This document shows, in pieces, positions 62,233 to 64,000 of a stretch of DNA of 64,000 nucleotides. The stretch lies in NCBI GenBank assembly GCA_002633005.1, contig NMRA01000309.1, positions 124,001-188,000 on the forward strand, given 5' to 3'. Under the pieces are notes generated by a model, which did not search any database, was not told where the DNA came from, and saw nothing but the letters and a program-made list of their open reading frames with translations. The first letter of the stretch is position 1. Each line of letters begins with the position of its first letter. The stretch is from Phoronis australis. Its lineage: Eukaryota > Animalia > Phoronida. The position numbers and the translations under genes were made by a program.

Positions 62233-64000
62233 TCCATCGTTTGGGTATTGCATTTGAATCGTCGTGTTCATCTCATGTCGTGTTCATTTTAGAACACCAA
62301 TATCTGTTAATTCGTCGGGTGAATACTTTCACGTCGGATAGATGAGTCTGATACACTTTATCTAGCTGGAAATCAAGCAGTGTTAGCCATGTGTGTTGAT
62401 TAGGAACGACGTACGCGATTAGCGTGGTCAGATGATTTTGACCATTTGCTTTTACAGTTGCTGTTCATGGAGTGCGTTGTCCAGATCAAAAACATAGGCA
62501 AACCAACTATTGTTGTGTGTACCTTTCAAAGTCTAAATGTCACCTTGATAGATATTTGTAAAACTTTTTGTGAATTAGCGTACGGGTCAAATAATCATCG
62601 TTATAAGGCAATTTCATGAAAATCCATGACCTCGATTTCGATGTGCACACATTTGAATAAGACAGTCATTACTTTTGGGGCATCCTGTACATCCTTTCAT
62701 TTGAATCAATGTCTTTTGTAGCTGCGAAAAGAACCATGCGAATAAATCGTTGTTAGTTGATGTTTTCGTTAATTGTTCCGTCGCTGTCACGTTTTATTCC
62801 TTCGTTCCACTCAAATTTCTCTAGCTTGCACTGCCCATCCTTAGCGTTGAAAACTTTGGAACACAATGACTCAGCTAAAATAGTGTGCCGTTCTGACTAA
62901 TTACTGGTAAACAGGTGAACACAAAGAAACAATATCAACGTTGGAATTTACAACACAAATTCCAGAACGCCCAATAGATGACAAGAACACTTCAAAATAC
63001 AATGAATCGGCTCCACAAGTTCATCAACCATCACAAACAGCATCTACTTCAATGCCAGACTGTTGATCCGTGTTGCACACCAGACTCGCTGTGAAGCCCT
63101 TAGTGGGACATGTCTATACTCCCTCATCTTATCCTAGCCGACATCCCTCATCAATAATAGGAAGAAGAATATGTGCAGCACACACACGAAGTATATCGCC
63201 TGTTGCGTTTAGTGCACGCTACTTATCCCTGCAATGCAAGTAAATGTTTCTTCGTGTATTCTGGGCCGCTGTTGAGACGGTGGGGTTTCCACAACACAAC
63301 AATGTTAATCCTTCCTCACAGTTTAACAGTCAGTCGTGTAAGGAGTTGCTTTTTACCGGTTGAACGATTTCTGAGAACTGGCATTTTTATCATCAAACAT
63401 TTTCTTTCCGTTGCCATCTTGGTTGGGAAAGGCGTTTTCACTAAAACTAGGGTGGTTCGCAGACTCCAATAGACAAGATACTTGAACATGAGATGAGTTA
63501 ATTTTGTCACTCGGTCCCGCCACTTGTTCTGCAGATGTGATGCAGCTTGGGCGGATGGTTGGGAATGTTAAACGGGATACCTCACATAGCTCTGGTCACA
63601 AGGCAATTCTTCAATCCTGTCGTGTCATCACTTCGTACCGTAGGCCATCTATTAAAGAGTTCCCACAATGACCGTGTGTCTCAAAAAGAGTTTTATTAAT
63701 ACATCTTAAGAGATTTAACAGCCTTTAGTTTACCTGTTGCTAAGAAACAAGCCAAAATTTCATTATTTTTCTGGTATCGGGGTTGCACGTAATGGGTGGA
63801 AGACCGTCTCCGTTGTTGTTTTTACCAGTGCGATACTGAAGAGTTGTGAGGAAAGTCCGTGGAGAGCAGCCGTTTTCAGACATGAAGAGGTGCGTTCGTT
63901 TGTGGAGACTGTAGTAACAGAAGATTGACTGAGAACGTCTCTGTGCTCAAATTTTCTAAATACGTGAAAGTTGCACAGAAATGACATCGGTTTGTGCGCT

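Noticed and set aside
63170-64000. Short ORFs and possible minus-strand exons
   Set aside because: No recognisable domain or coherent splice chain within the window

Overview
AT-rich animal (probably marine invertebrate) genomic scaffold with assembly gaps. The left half holds a head-to-head gene pair. TBC1D32/broad-minded (minus strand) has 16 coding exons reconstructed here (650 codons) and runs off the left edge. A complete 6-exon NIPSNAP3-like gene (plus strand, 259 aa) lies opposite. The right half holds a class A GPCR with an intronless CDS (47640-48647), a possible signal-anchor first exon (58151-58264) and many decayed mobile elements: hAT, several Kolobok-type THAP/KolX remnants, DIRS RNase H, Tx1/L1 RT and MITEs. 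The most notable structure is in the putative 5'-UTR intron of TBC1D32: a 529-bp non-coding LTR retroelement (TRIM) with a 4-bp TSD, tRNA-Ser PBS, PPT and tRNA-derived Pol III A/B boxes in its LTRs. A solo LTR of the same family lies nearby, and both are inserted in the same long foldback-hairpin family. All calls come from reading the sequence by eye and from recalled family motifs; no searches were run, and identities are rough visual estimates.
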